From Patescibacteria group bacterium (GTDB lineage Bacteria > Patescibacteriota > Patescibacteriia > 2-01-FULL-39-33), in contig JBAZMW010000001.1 in the NCBI GenBank assembly GCA_041649575.1, forward strand, positions 23,944-87,943: a stretch of DNA of 64,000 nt, written 5' to 3'. Both the position numbers and the translations under genes were made by a program. Each line of letters opens with the position of its first letter. Positions within the stretch are counted from its first letter, which is position 1. Shown in pieces: positions 29,601-37,919 of the stretch. Below the pieces are notes generated by a model. It made no database searches and had not been told where the DNA came from. It saw only the letters and a list, made by a program, of their open reading frames with translations.

Positions 29601-32221
29601 CGCTCGACGAACAGTCCATGCCTTGCCCGATTTCCGGAGAAAAATGCGTTAGCATCTCTTTGTGGAAAATGTTGAACCAAAACGGAGTACCGACCTGGAT
29701 CGACCAGGCAGCCATTAGAAACAGTTCCAGTTTCATAAAACGACTTTTCGCCAAAAGTTATGGAGTCTGGACCTGGGCCGGCGATGGGGTCGGCTACAAG
29801 AAGACCGACCAATATAATTGGGATGTTCCGGTCAGGCAGTGCGAATTTCACGGCGTGCCAAATGTTCGTCCTGATCCTCAAAATAGCAGTATCAACGAGA
29901 TAATTACCGGCTGGTTTGATCTGAATTTTGAAAAAAACCCAGCCACCGTGGCGGATTGTGATTGGGGCAGCGCCTGCTTGGAGCCGGCCGGCTGTGATTG
30001 TCATGGACTGTGCACGGTGCCCAACGGACAACGAACCTGTGAGTATCCCAAAAATCCGGATTATTGCGGGGTGGCTCCGGTTATCAATAATATCAGAGTG
30101 AACAAGAAGGTGGAGGTGGATGTAAACGGAGTGAATTTGTCAAATACGCCGGTTAAAGTCAGCAACAACAGTAACGTGGAGCTGGAGTTCAACGCGACCT
30201 TGGATCCCGAACAGTTGCCGCTCTCGGCTTACCAGGTTGATTGGGGAGATTACAAGCTCTCTTATTCCGGCATCGAGCTAAGAGACCGCTCCAATATCAA
30301 AAATAAATTCAAACTCTATCATTATTATAGTTACGAGAAGTTGTCCAAACAAAACACCGGTCTTGATGAGATTTATTGCGACGGAGACGCTCTGCCGCAG
30401 GATCCAGCGGTAAGTCCGCCGGTTCTGACCGTTGCTTCCGGAGAATGCTGGCTAAAAATAAAAATTCAGGTGCGCGATAATTGGGGCTGGTGCAACGGCA
30501 GTGATAGCGCCAAAGGTTTTCATGTCAGCAGCGGCAAATGCGGTTCAGACGAGGCCTGGAGGAATTTTGGCCGCTGGGTGGTGGTAATAAAGAATTTCGA
30601 AGACCTCGATGTGGAAGAAGATAAAGAGCTAAATAATGACAGTGATCTGGATTTAGCTTTCACGCCCTATAATGGTATTTGTGAGCCGGGAGAGGATATT
30701 AATACCGAGCCGGCCTGCCCCCTGACTTCGGGCGCCAGTTTTTCTTTGAGGCACAATACTATGAAAAGAACTATCAGCACCAATCCGCAACTTGATGAAT
30801 ATTGGTATTTTTCCACCGGTCAGGGTGAGGATATAACTAAAATCAGGAATTTAAGAATCAGGGCGATCGGAGTTTTAAATTCCAAGCAATGGGAAATAGA
30901 TGATCAGGTTGTGAAGAACGGCGCGAGATTTAATTTGGTTAAAGTCCCCTACGAGGTGCAGAAGAATTGCGAGGTCAAACGGCTCAGCGCCGTAGAGGAG
31001 CCGACACTAGGGGACGGCGATTGTGTTTACATCGAAAGCGAGAGACTAGCCGCCGGCGCCTCCGAAAGCGGCCAGATTTGGGACACCGCTCTTTATAGCC
31101 CGCAGTTGTTCACTTACCCGTCAATATTAGAATATGACTACCAGTTTAAAAGAGAAGGCCAGATAGAAAATCCGCCAACTGTTTTTAAGCTTCATGGAGA
31201 GAGGACTTTCTATCGTGGCACGGTGATTACTTTAGAGGAGAGAGACGACGACGGCACCATTAAGAGCGGCGCCAAATATATAGATGTTGACACCGAAGCC
31301 TGTGATTCCGTATTCTGTGATTTAAAGCAAGGTTCGGCTAATGGTTTTCATGTTTGTGACAATCAGGGAGATTGTTCTGTCAACGCTTGCGATGGTCGGT
31401 GGGACGATAAGGATTTGATTTACAAAACCGTCTGCGAGCTCTTTGGCACGGATAGCCACTGCCGGCCAGAGTGTTCTTGCGAACAGGGTTTTCAGGCCAA
31501 AACATCCGCCGATGGCACTTGCGTAGATTGTTCCAGTGGCCAAAGTTGCGGCTGTCCCAGTTTCCAGTGCTGGAATTCTTCAAGCAAAACGTGCGAACCA
31601 TGTGGCCTGAAGCTGATGGGCAGATTCGCTCTGGAAGAAGCCGTTAACACGGCCGTTGTCGGGGCGACCGCGCCCAATACCGACGGCCGGCGAAATTTGA
31701 CAGTCAAAGACAAAGACTCCAATTTTATCCAAGAAGGCGATCCAGACGCTCTACTTTGCTTCCAGCTGGTGAAGATAAAAAACAGCTCCGGAGCAGAGCA
31801 AAGCAGTTTTACCAGAGATTTGCAAAATGGCGATATTGTCACTCTGTTTACTCCTTGGGGCTGCGTGCAAGAGGCCGGTAATGATTACGTGGTGGGCGCT
31901 GGGAGCGGTTGTCGCGAATTCAAAGTTGAAGGCAGCCCGGTTTTTTCCAAGGGCTCGACTATGACTCTAAAAGATGGCAGCAGTTATTGGGATGCCGATA
32001 TAGCCGGAAGTGGCAAGATAAGTAAAGGCAGCTTAAATACCTTCAAAGTCGGTGATTGCAGCGACGGCAGCTTTGCCTTGGCCAGTTCTGAGTGGCGTTT
32101 GGCCAGCGGCCGCGTGGCGGGAGCGAGCGAGAGCGGAGCCGGATCGAGGCTGGGCCGGCTGGAAGGAGCTTTGGCTGATTTGTGGAACAATTTTTCAAAA
32201 TTAGTGGCCAGAGTATTTTAG
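20624..32221 (+). CDS. giant (3865 aa) cysteine-rich cell-surface protein with multiple CBM4/9-like beta-sandwich modules (putative adhesin)
   Basis: It is an uninterrupted 11.6 kb ORF with an N-terminal signal/TM anchor (KVIVVGFLLSFFIPALVIAQE). There are hundreds of Cys. Recurrent modules read 'N(L/G)xPNxxFE…GW…' (e.g. NLIPNSGFEIDAGGDNKPDGWVERG; FFDNFESNLGAWQGGG; LPNGNFESTYSGTKEPLGWYIGG), typical of carbohydrate-binding CBM_4_9-like domains. The C-terminus is an EGF-like Cys-rich region. Confidence 0.75.
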   Translation: MNPGEGTKKITKNLFNKVIVVGFLLSFFIPALVIAQEVVPGISGVNVADVHDENAFRVATEGGGDAVITCNNFVAGGLATSGDIAALIKCIESGTKAQNKTVDKNTLKQLKALEQKQQREELFSKMKDELKKSMAGAFKTMLRQFSKQLAYDTAVWVASGGKGQQPLFMTEGIGAYLRNQLDNALGVFLDELGRYYGVDVCTPNFQIRALLPGYLGRPQVSVRCSFTKMISNWQSAAQNASFAVEYRRFLRPGENDISSLLMIKTGLSNKLDQELRDSVLNVLSKDGWKDVKDFAGWVLTPGTMVRKATENAIDPQNTSIADYTYTDTLWDFIETFLNTLTGKLLENLMTGFFSSGGNTQNFTTGNSSSSLFNPLAQPFSEGQEGAQERFLSLVEGSLQVGGVYDILNKLTQCLDSSKSNLGPTDCVIDQALAQAIREKKLVKDLSADILNRQFAPSISANINPQTVFTLRNIVILRKYRIVPVGWEVAAKLVNEKAKQIYTLRQLMECYNGCDRFGKEEDFCGNPAVEDTSSWCRGLVDPNWVLKAPELFCRREGYGIESGAIDSQNSVSRDKYCADEQQCIKEDEKGNCLAYGYCTKERRTWDFNSSTCDPKFNTCFNFKSRTGAANAYLANTLDYRDCDAQVAGCRWLATALNPVSNYWLNLTYKTNELGKPKEVLKTCNNPLGCEVTGASAAAAVTYGHNISPDAKTILSQPCNKSAGCSYETSKCTIPNGGVTCSPIKAACDGQNNILAGYNGNFAKCASWNAEKWEEGWGGSENNHHACVTGVGVTGSGIKDDKALASYTLGQQVSSALRDISVEPNKKYILTFEAKKSALDAYGGVTRGSVAVKVEFTDTSGKKTDQGVVLAADDLSDTGYRTFTIGNINNGNNDKFTIKVTTNAGSYGSFYFDEFILREVTENCFETNLVLTNGVQTEDDSNKEIYFDRDIQSCDAKDEGCSQFIRTKAGLGSNLIPNSGFEIDAGGDNKPDGWVERGLTNISLDTNDKYKAKIVYSAEGYDKYPLIPVEAGEYYAISFDAAQAISGNNDEADLEMIFLNKEADAIIGATGIKIDKTNCAQTGDNTITLRNLPANMNMQRQSCYFLVPAGARVMGYKLFSATASGVNFIDNIKLEKINYFSLNASVYTPYTPSERPVSQLAFVKKAPAYYGCYKTGSLWPQSETELERVLLGRSAACANFASVCIRDEVGCERYSPLNKDPAVPGKINALNICPAECVGYQLYRKEKTYFESVSYEKFIADKKPQYCSAAYAGCDEFTNLDEVAKGGESREYYSQLRVCQQPAADASDATYYTWEGSDTTGYQLKTYQLKKSQTDSFDTNAPCTVLDYPASLNGKNQCNDLKDDGTNSVGSVSLPAGYSSLKGYLTVLQGYTDTSSSDPNLPTIVNSGILDELHEFGICAKQELNGIVYNRGTMDDASDDIYIYANADCREFYDGSGQVHYRLLSKAIFSSSECHPYRRSQVQTDTAEAQADCRNSQGYWNANGECIYMAIPGQGKTCPASAKGCRQYVGNQGNNVRLKFFDNFESNLGAWQGGGVLAMEATNPGGKSLKKAGGGEISRPVATVKNKAYILSFWAKASADAVVLDAIKFKGAENNSDNYFAESDSDADNIPQAVLNTTWQKYDLGPVFVTWDERADEALEIKAPAGVDVFFDNIILKEVQQNVYLIANTWFTPFACDNILETPFGSAGDSNNPTRDSQGEMLGCQAYNDRSDQPWYLKSFSRLCREDAVGCEALINTFNSDSPWGKEFNNEDLETHDDVTVQSDQAVYLVNDNQYACQAEDKGCTAFGLPSVTKYDETIGYSTVYLENVPDRYSFDLCRYQNLWCEEFSSADARELSYFKDPRDKLCEYTAISGKNYSNWYAKGTNNPCLTTATQTIGLGSADEKRQPIGWYDNKTETEVADYKGWAGLCPAEQSSCTEYIDPLTEVYEGLFNKEENSFKNCAGETPGAEQNNCGYYVLELEDENLYTISIKRTSSGNVATQLVCDNEIWSPDKSLDVSGSSKLILNRDNVGGDKQVSGRFYLESTGAGQARVNCRIYDPGFDGEEIEVVKAGVYYQLAKAVNRAACNGLVDIDSGCVLFNERGEMNYSKQGVERVRDYLDFDADETFNLQIKAASKNPQPPFSAILPGQKNSNSIIKVSPDRECSGWLFCTTYEKANPEDTDLAFGSQDKCLEIGLCSRFDSKGNCLKYSLGKKEALSTSTPDFQNLTGYSISGYYPTDLMEQIGNAANLPNGNFESTYSGTKEPLGWYIGGSHYDSDNIKQPGQVSGWGDYRFSIERDSANRREGSGYLKLNGAYEAESELVDVFPNVDYTISAWVNTLNLQPTSTQAEILVRELNASGNTIKNSNCSAVAGCYEVKINGISWSLYGGLKLKAGQPWLRVNQRIKTMPETSRLQIKLLNFLSSQDYVNCRDQNAATYCKTGGYTFFDDLQINAALKVNDKENIKRDCRAYPEQDSLACRYFKDNQFFYGWSGYCLTYDPLNSRSCLQWWPVDNIKGEVEDEVSGYDNRVPLYYCLLTEFERELKEVSTDVIQVQEAVGGAMPVASQAQGVAGTILDFLEFILNIVGDVFLGGTNSGTIITDLIAGGLQTFAGIDVGSSGSSSSKSNMPQCERLSFEDLKFDPTTKSLNSWVASITGNNSRNVDAKYLKPISLYNVVYITLDTGYGGGGGVECEDQGGHNLQKVKYTENFILRGLYKLVVGGTSSITTEDYGYVSPGDGTAGLDYSDKTYCAGFVTFFDKDENGHRKGEIKNMIACAQDTGEYTHQDTFNFKFKIGYMTDKQGPACQILAQVVTPMGNNKAWSRRVAKGSIFTMPGLGTSYNSDYPPYGAVVPPEPAHYPEVWDTDLTQKDKQKLYHSAPELESQKPYQARAGEVFSCVNYVNDLPGYDGTMGALRSIFGVASSWAYKVPCFEGCLKGIRTDNAWQGLTSITQSVLCVWRHCTNACNFIGRCSQSGSVCVNYNGFGDDILGIDSLDEQSMPCPISGEKCVSISLWKMLNQNGVPTWIDQAAIRNSSSFIKRLFAKSYGVWTWAGDGVGYKKTDQYNWDVPVRQCEFHGVPNVRPDPQNSSINEIITGWFDLNFEKNPATVADCDWGSACLEPAGCDCHGLCTVPNGQRTCEYPKNPDYCGVAPVINNIRVNKKVEVDVNGVNLSNTPVKVSNNSNVELEFNATLDPEQLPLSAYQVDWGDYKLSYSGIELRDRSNIKNKFKLYHYYSYEKLSKQNTGLDEIYCDGDALPQDPAVSPPVLTVASGECWLKIKIQVRDNWGWCNGSDSAKGFHVSSGKCGSDEAWRNFGRWVVVIKNFEDLDVEEDKELNNDSDLDLAFTPYNGICEPGEDINTEPACPLTSGASFSLRHNTMKRTISTNPQLDEYWYFSTGQGEDITKIRNLRIRAIGVLNSKQWEIDDQVVKNGARFNLVKVPYEVQKNCEVKRLSAVEEPTLGDGDCVYIESERLAAGASESGQIWDTALYSPQLFTYPSILEYDYQFKREGQIENPPTVFKLHGERTFYRGTVITLEERDDDGTIKSGAKYIDVDTEACDSVFCDLKQGSANGFHVCDNQGDCSVNACDGRWDDKDLIYKTVCELFGTDSHCRPECSCEQGFQAKTSADGTCVDCSSGQSCGCPSFQCWNSSSKTCEPCGLKLMGRFALEEAVNTAVVGATAPNTDGRRNLTVKDKDSNFIQEGDPDALLCFQLVKIKNSSGAEQSSFTRDLQNGDIVTLFTPWGCVQEAGNDYVVGAGSGCREFKVEGSPVFSKGSTMTLKDGSSYWDADIAGSGKISKGSLNTFKVGDCSDGSFALASSEWRLASGRVAGASESGAGSRLGRLEGALADLWNNFSKLVARVF

Positions 32222-32257
32222 GTTTTATTTTTTTAAATAAGCGAGGTTTTTAAAAAA

Positions 32258-35200
32258 ATGACAGTCAGAAGAAAAAAATTGATTTTAATTATAACAGTCG
32301 TCTTGTTTTTGGCTGGAATTTTTTTGTTGAGCAGTAATATTTCTTTTGCCCAGGAAACCAACTCCGACTCCAATATTAATGGCAATATCAGTTCGGATTC
32401 CGATGTCGAAGCCGACACCAACATTAATGCGGATTACAACCCCAAGCCAGCCGAGAATGCCGGCGCACCAGCCAATGACGGCAAGATTGCCGGGTTCATT
32501 AATTGGATTTTGTATTACGTGGCTTCGTTTTTTGGCTGGCTGGTGGGGCTGATAGTCAATGTTTTGGTTAATAAGGTGGTGGTTTTTAATGATTTTTTGA
32601 ATGTCCGGCTGGTCAAGGAGGGCTGGCGCATTGTGCGCGACATCTGTAATAATTTTTTTATCGTCATCTTGCTGGTGATCGCCGTGGGCACTATTTTGCG
32701 GGTACCCAACTATCAATACAAACAATTGTTGCCAAAACTTTTGATAATGGCGGTGCTGATTAATTTTTCCAAGATGATTACCGGCGTCCTCATAGATTTT
32801 TTTCAGATTATTATGGTGTTTTTCGGCGGAGCCCTGGTAAAAGAAAATGCCGCCGGAGTGATTTTGGCCAGTGTGGGGTTGTATAAGCTATATTTATTGG
32901 GACAAAACCCAGGGGGACAAATTCTTGGGAACGAGAATTTGCAGGATTGGGATATTACTATCGCTCTGTTTTTTGCCATTGTAATCTCCATTGTCGCCTG
33001 CGTGGCGATAGGAGTGACTATGATCATTCTGGTCTATCGTATTGTAATGTTGTGGATTCTGGTGATTTTGTCGCCGGCCGCTTATTTTCTTTCTTCCTTT
33101 CCCAAAGGCCAGCAGTATGCCGGCATGTGGTGGAGCCAATTCGCCAGCAACCTGGTAGTCGGGCCGGTGCTGCTGTTTTTTCTGTATTTGTCCTTTTTCA
33201 GCGGTTACCGCGATGTCGGCGGCGTAGAAAACACTCGGGGAGGGACGGTTACTATCCCTAGTTCTGCTACTACCCCAGAAGAGCTTAAAAAAAGCGCTAA
33301 AGAAGCTAGGACTGATACTGGCCAAAAAGGTTATATAACCGGTTCTACAAATTCACTCATGGCCACGGATCAAGGATTTTTTGATTATTTAATTATTATT
33401 GCCCTGATGATTGCCGGTCTGGCCGTAGCGCAAAAAGCCGGCGCCGCCGGCGGACAATGGGCGGGCAAGGGCGTGGCCAGTTTGCAAAAATGGGGGAAGA
33501 GAGCAGCCAAGCTGCCTTTAGGTGCAGCCAAGTATACAGCCAAGGAGACTGGCCGAAAAGTCGCTGGAATTCTAAGTTATGAGACAAAAAGTGGCAAACG
33601 ACTCCCTTTTATTGGTCAATGGGCTGGTGATATAAAAACTAAGATGGAAGATGATATTGTAAAACGGCGTACTGCTATAATGAAAAAAATAGGCATGGGG
33701 GACAAGACAAAAGAATGGATAGCCGGCAAGAAGGAGGATTTCAAAAAGGCAAGATACCAAGTTTCTGGTAGGCTTGTTCAAGCGCCAGTTGGGGCCGCTG
33801 TGCATGGCGCCGGTGGAGCTGCTTTGGGAGCTACTATTGGAGGAGTTGCCGGAGGAGTTATTGGTATAATGACAGCCAATCCTCTATTAGCCTTGGGTGG
33901 GGCCAAGGCTGGTGCTTGGATAGGCGGTGCTATGGGAGGATTTGGCGGTATATTAGGAGGCTTAGGAAAAAAACCTTTACAATTTACGGTTAAGGCTGCT
34001 GAATTAGACACGAAGACGGTAAAAAATGCAAAGAGAAAGGCCGATGCCTTGAATGATACCACCGTGCCAGTTGGTGGCACGGATGAAAGTGGTCTAATTG
34101 AGGCCAGAAGTTCATGGAAAAATACCGGGGCGTATATTGGAGCTGGCGGTATTTTATCTAAGGAAAATAAAAAGATGCTTGATAATATAAATGACGACGG
34201 TCTAGCGCATTTATCGCAAGCCATAGATGCTGAAATAGACCCAACTAAGAAAAGTGATTTAAAGGAAGCTTTTACCAAAATGTTGGCTGCTTATAAAAAA
34301 GGCGGCGGATCTAATCTTAGTACCATACAGTCATTTCTCGGTGGCGGAAGGAATGTTTTGGGTATAAGCGAAACAGCTCATATGGATCCTTTAATAGCAG
34401 CTAATAAGGTAGACGTTGCTTCCCGTCGTACCGGTACCGAGAAGTTCAGAGAACAACGCGGTGACTTAAAGGTAGCTCGGTTTAGTCATCTTAAAGATAA
34501 CACAGAGGCTGGTGTTGATTTCAGGGATTTGTTTGAAGGCAATTCAGAGCTTCTAAGTCAAATCAAGGCGCAACAACCGGATTTTGACATCAGTCAAAGC
34601 GGTATTCATATCGAAGGCAAGGAAATGACGCAAAAAGTCTCACAAGCCATGGCTGTCTTGATAGACAAAGAATTGGCCAGTCTTTCTCATAACAGCGCTA
34701 TTGCTTCGACCGGTCAGAAGGAGCAAATAGGCAGAAGAATGGGAACGCTAAGAACGGCCAGAGAGCAACTAACGTCTGGCAGATTGCAGCAGTTGCAATT
34801 ATGGAATAGCGGCCTGGAGAATGAGACCGGCGAAGCGGCAACTACCATTTTCCATGAAAGGATTCATAAAGCAGGTGTTAAGAGCGAAGTTAAGGCCGAG
34901 GAAGGGGCGCGGTTTATTAGGGAAAGGCATTTAGCGGGTTTGCACGAAGAGATCGCCAGGGAAATGGTAGCCATGGAAGGCGAAAGGGGTGGAGATGATT
35001 ACACTATGGACGAGGTGATGGCCAGAGTCAAAGAAAAGCATGGCACCAAGGATAAAGTGAAAAGATTAATTGCCAGAGAACAAGAAGCGGGAGTCGCTCC
35101 GGGCAAGACTGGCGCTAAAGAGCCCAAGCCAACCAAAACTATTACCGAAGCCCCCGAGCTGGAAAGAGCAATACAAGAGCTGACCGAGGCTTTAACCAAA

Positions 35201-35449
35201 ACTAGCAGAAGCGAGGCAGGCGGTGTCGGGCCGGGCGGCGCTTTGCAGCCTGATTTGCAAAGAGAAGCGGCTGCCAACGCCAATTTTTTCAGGTTGCTGC
35301 AAAGCTTGAGAGAAATCGAAAAAGGCGTAGCTGGCTTGGGGGACAAAGAAGCAAAAGATGCTGTCGGCGTGGTGGTCGGGCTGGGGTCAGATCCAGTGCC
35401 TTTGGACGCCCAAGTGACGGCCGAGACTGTTAAAAATTCTTTAAGTTAA
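32258..35449 (+). CDS. VirB6/TrbL-like polytopic membrane protein with long Gly-zipper and coiled-coil C-terminal region
   Basis: Signal peptide, then 7 or more TM helices in the first ~370 aa. The 'GWRIVRDICNNFFIVILLV' region resembles the TrbL/VirB6 core. This is followed by Gly-zipper segments (GAAVHGAGGAALGATIGGVAGGVIGI…) and a charged C-terminal domain. Confidence 0.5.
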   Translation: MTVRRKKLILIITVVLFLAGIFLLSSNISFAQETNSDSNINGNISSDSDVEADTNINADYNPKPAENAGAPANDGKIAGFINWILYYVASFFGWLVGLIVNVLVNKVVVFNDFLNVRLVKEGWRIVRDICNNFFIVILLVIAVGTILRVPNYQYKQLLPKLLIMAVLINFSKMITGVLIDFFQIIMVFFGGALVKENAAGVILASVGLYKLYLLGQNPGGQILGNENLQDWDITIALFFAIVISIVACVAIGVTMIILVYRIVMLWILVILSPAAYFLSSFPKGQQYAGMWWSQFASNLVVGPVLLFFLYLSFFSGYRDVGGVENTRGGTVTIPSSATTPEELKKSAKEARTDTGQKGYITGSTNSLMATDQGFFDYLIIIALMIAGLAVAQKAGAAGGQWAGKGVASLQKWGKRAAKLPLGAAKYTAKETGRKVAGILSYETKSGKRLPFIGQWAGDIKTKMEDDIVKRRTAIMKKIGMGDKTKEWIAGKKEDFKKARYQVSGRLVQAPVGAAVHGAGGAALGATIGGVAGGVIGIMTANPLLALGGAKAGAWIGGAMGGFGGILGGLGKKPLQFTVKAAELDTKTVKNAKRKADALNDTTVPVGGTDESGLIEARSSWKNTGAYIGAGGILSKENKKMLDNINDDGLAHLSQAIDAEIDPTKKSDLKEAFTKMLAAYKKGGGSNLSTIQSFLGGGRNVLGISETAHMDPLIAANKVDVASRRTGTEKFREQRGDLKVARFSHLKDNTEAGVDFRDLFEGNSELLSQIKAQQPDFDISQSGIHIEGKEMTQKVSQAMAVLIDKELASLSHNSAIASTGQKEQIGRRMGTLRTAREQLTSGRLQQLQLWNSGLENETGEAATTIFHERIHKAGVKSEVKAEEGARFIRERHLAGLHEEIAREMVAMEGERGGDDYTMDEVMARVKEKHGTKDKVKRLIAREQEAGVAPGKTGAKEPKPTKTITEAPELERAIQELTEALTKTSRSEAGGVGPGGALQPDLQREAAANANFFRLLQSLREIEKGVAGLGDKEAKDAVGVVVGLGSDPVPLDAQVTAETVKNSLS

Positions 35450-35452
35450 ATT

Positions 35453-36388
35453 ATGGCTAATAATTACATTGCCGAATGTTTGACAAAATTTAGAGCCCTG
35501 CCTCGAGAAATCCAGGAGGCGGTGGGCGGTTTTGAGGCCTTGAAAACCATTCAGGGCCTGGAAGAGACCCATAGAATCAAGCTGGGGCTGATGGTCATTT
35601 TAGTGGCGATTGGCGAATTAAAAATGGAGGAAATAGAGGATTATCTGATGGAAAAGTATAATTTTGGAAAATGGGAAGCGCAGGAGATCAATGAGATTTT
35701 ACAGCAAAGCATTTTTGAACCGGCTCTTGAAGTTGCTTTGGCAACAATGCCTTTAGCCGGCCAGTCTGGACGAGATTTAAGTTTGCCCGAGCAGAAGAAA
35801 ATTTTGACTGATTTATTCAGAGAAAGACTAAAAGAGGTCTTAACCGGCGATGGTGAGCTGGTTCAAGAAGTAAACGATATGATTTTTGATATTTTGGGTC
35901 GGGAAATGGGCGACGAGAATAAAATGTTTGAAAAAGATTTGGAAAAAATTCTCTATCTCAACCAAGAAAAATTGACCAGTCAGAGCATTAATATCGACGG
36001 CCGGCCTCTCGAGCCCACGGTGGCTAATTGGCTTAGGGATTTTATTAATAGAAACGGCACTGCATTTTTTTCCAACCTGGTTTTGTCGCAATATCTGGCC
36101 AACTCGGAAAACGGCAACCGTTTGAATCAAGGAGAAAAGATGCTTCTGGGCAAATTGTTGGTTTTGTATCGCAATTTAAAATTTTTTCCAGACAACCTGA
36201 CTAATTTGCCCCGAAACCAATGGGAGATCATTCCCATTAGCCGCCATAAGTCCGAGCCAATAGCTTCGGCTGGCGCTGCCGCTGGCGGCAGCAGAGCTGT
36301 GCCCCAAGAAGAGCCCTCTCCGGCTTGGCAGGGGCTGTCGGCGATAGAAAAGAAAGCTTTAATGGAAGAGGAAAGTTCCAGAAAATAG
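35453..36388 (+). CDS. hypothetical protein, paralog A (shares N-terminal ~80-aa domain with next gene)
   Basis: N-terminus 'F.ALP.EIQEAV.GFEALKTIQGLEETHRIKLGLMVILVAIGELK' aligns with the N-terminus of ORF 36417. There are no TM segments. Confidence 0.45.
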   Translation: MANNYIAECLTKFRALPREIQEAVGGFEALKTIQGLEETHRIKLGLMVILVAIGELKMEEIEDYLMEKYNFGKWEAQEINEILQQSIFEPALEVALATMPLAGQSGRDLSLPEQKKILTDLFRERLKEVLTGDGELVQEVNDMIFDILGREMGDENKMFEKDLEKILYLNQEKLTSQSINIDGRPLEPTVANWLRDFINRNGTAFFSNLVLSQYLANSENGNRLNQGEKMLLGKLLVLYRNLKFFPDNLTNLPRNQWEIIPISRHKSEPIASAGAAAGGSRAVPQEEPSPAWQGLSAIEKKALMEEESSRK

Positions 36389-36416
36389 CCAAAAGAATCG
36401 GAGAAATAAAAATTTT

Positions 36417-37886
36417 ATGGATTCTAGTTTACAAAAATTCAATCAGTTGCCGGTTTTCGTCAAAGAAAAATTGTCAGCGCTAGCCGTTTTGAAGGCGGTG
36501 GAAGAATTGGAAAAAAAATACCGGATAAAACTGGCTTTATCGCTTATAAAAATGGCGGTGGGCGATTTGACCATAGCCGATTTTAGCAGTTATTTGACTA
36601 ATGTTTCAAAACTAGAGGCCGGTTCGGTCAGAGAAATTAGCCAAAAATTCAAAGAATTTTTGGCTGAAGCGGGGTTAAGAGTCAGCGAAGTTGAAAGGGA
36701 AGCCGCTCTTGGCCGGCCAGCCAGGGAAGCAGTGTTTGCTTTTTCCACTGAGGACGAACATGAGGTTGATAATTTCAGACAATTGGCCGATAGCGGAGAA
36801 AAAATTCACGATCATGATTATTTGGCCGGCGTAGTTATATCGCGGTTTGGCTTTTTGGAAACCGATGAAGTCATAAAAAAAAGATTGCATAATATCGTGA
36901 CAGCCCGGTTAAGAGATATAAGAGACGATTTGGAAACCCTGGAGAGTCTGCAAAAAAGTCGTAAAATCGGAGGTTTGGGTTTTACCGAGGAACAGAGCCG
37001 TCGCCTGCTGGGCTTGATAAAAAATGGCATAAGTGGCCAATGGCCGAAAAATTCGCCAAACGTCAAAGAGCCGGAGACTTCGGGGCGTGAACCCAGTGCT
37101 TCAGTGGCGGCTTCGTCAAAAGCGGAATTAGAAAAAAAAGTTTTGACTTTGCAAGAAAAGAAAAAGCAGGAAGAGACTTCGGTCGGTGCCGGAGACTATC
37201 CGAAGGTCAGAGATTCTTTGGCCGCCAAAGCGCTGGATTTATTGACGGATAAACGGCCAATCTCTCAAAGAGGGGGCAGGCCGCGAATTGAAGAAGAAGA
37301 CGGATTGCCGGTGGTAGTTTTGCCGGAGGAAGAGGAATTAATGATTAAGCCGCTAGTGATTGATTTACAAAAAAAACCTCGAGGCAAGGTAGAAATTAAA
37401 GAGCCGCAGTTACCGCCAAAAGCGTCGGAAAATATCAAAGCTTTCAGACCGCTGGGGCCTCAACCCAGCCCCTTTGCCAGTCCGCGGCCGGTGGTTAAAA
37501 AGGTTTTTAAAACCAGTCTTAGCAGTCGGCCGAATTTGGACGATGTAAAATTTGCTCCCAAGTTGATGGGGCCGGTAGAAGAGCTGGAGAGCATGACTCT
37601 CATTGATTTTCGTCGTTTAGGCCAGGAGCCGAAAGAAATCGCTCGCAAAATCAAAGAAAAAATCGATTTGCTAGAAAACGAATCTTATAGCAAAAAACTT
37701 GAAGGAGTCGAGGCCTGGCAGAAAAACGAGGTCAACAGGTTTTATCGTCTTTTGGGTCAGGCCAGTCTGGCGGCGGGGCAGGGCATTGAAGAGATAATCA
37801 GCGAGCGGCTGGCCAGCGGCAAGCCGACTCTGACTGTCGAGGAATTCGAATCGGTGATGGAGCTTAACAAAGATTTGCGTTTCTAA
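36417..37886 (+). CDS. hypothetical protein, paralog B
   Basis: N-terminus 'FNQLPVFVKEKLSALAVLKAVEELEKKYRIKLALSLIKMAVGDL' is paralogous to ORF 35453. The rest is charged, P-rich and disordered. Confidence 0.45.
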   Translation: MDSSLQKFNQLPVFVKEKLSALAVLKAVEELEKKYRIKLALSLIKMAVGDLTIADFSSYLTNVSKLEAGSVREISQKFKEFLAEAGLRVSEVEREAALGRPAREAVFAFSTEDEHEVDNFRQLADSGEKIHDHDYLAGVVISRFGFLETDEVIKKRLHNIVTARLRDIRDDLETLESLQKSRKIGGLGFTEEQSRRLLGLIKNGISGQWPKNSPNVKEPETSGREPSASVAASSKAELEKKVLTLQEKKKQEETSVGAGDYPKVRDSLAAKALDLLTDKRPISQRGGRPRIEEEDGLPVVVLPEEEELMIKPLVIDLQKKPRGKVEIKEPQLPPKASENIKAFRPLGPQPSPFASPRPVVKKVFKTSLSSRPNLDDVKFAPKLMGPVEELESMTLIDFRRLGQEPKEIARKIKEKIDLLENESYSKKLEGVEAWQKNEVNRFYRLLGQASLAAGQGIEEIISERLASGKPTLTVEEFESVMELNKDLRF

Positions 37887-37919
37887 TAATTAATTTTTTT
37901 GTTAAGATAAGTATAAGCC

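Noticed and set aside
21262-31842. Many 60-190-aa ORFs on the minus strand inside the giant gene (e.g. 22150-22392, 23066-23506, 28721-29194, 29462-30031)
   Set aside because: They are antisense to an 11.6 kb uninterrupted coding frame. They have no start context or motifs. They are expected by chance in a long GC-balanced ORF.
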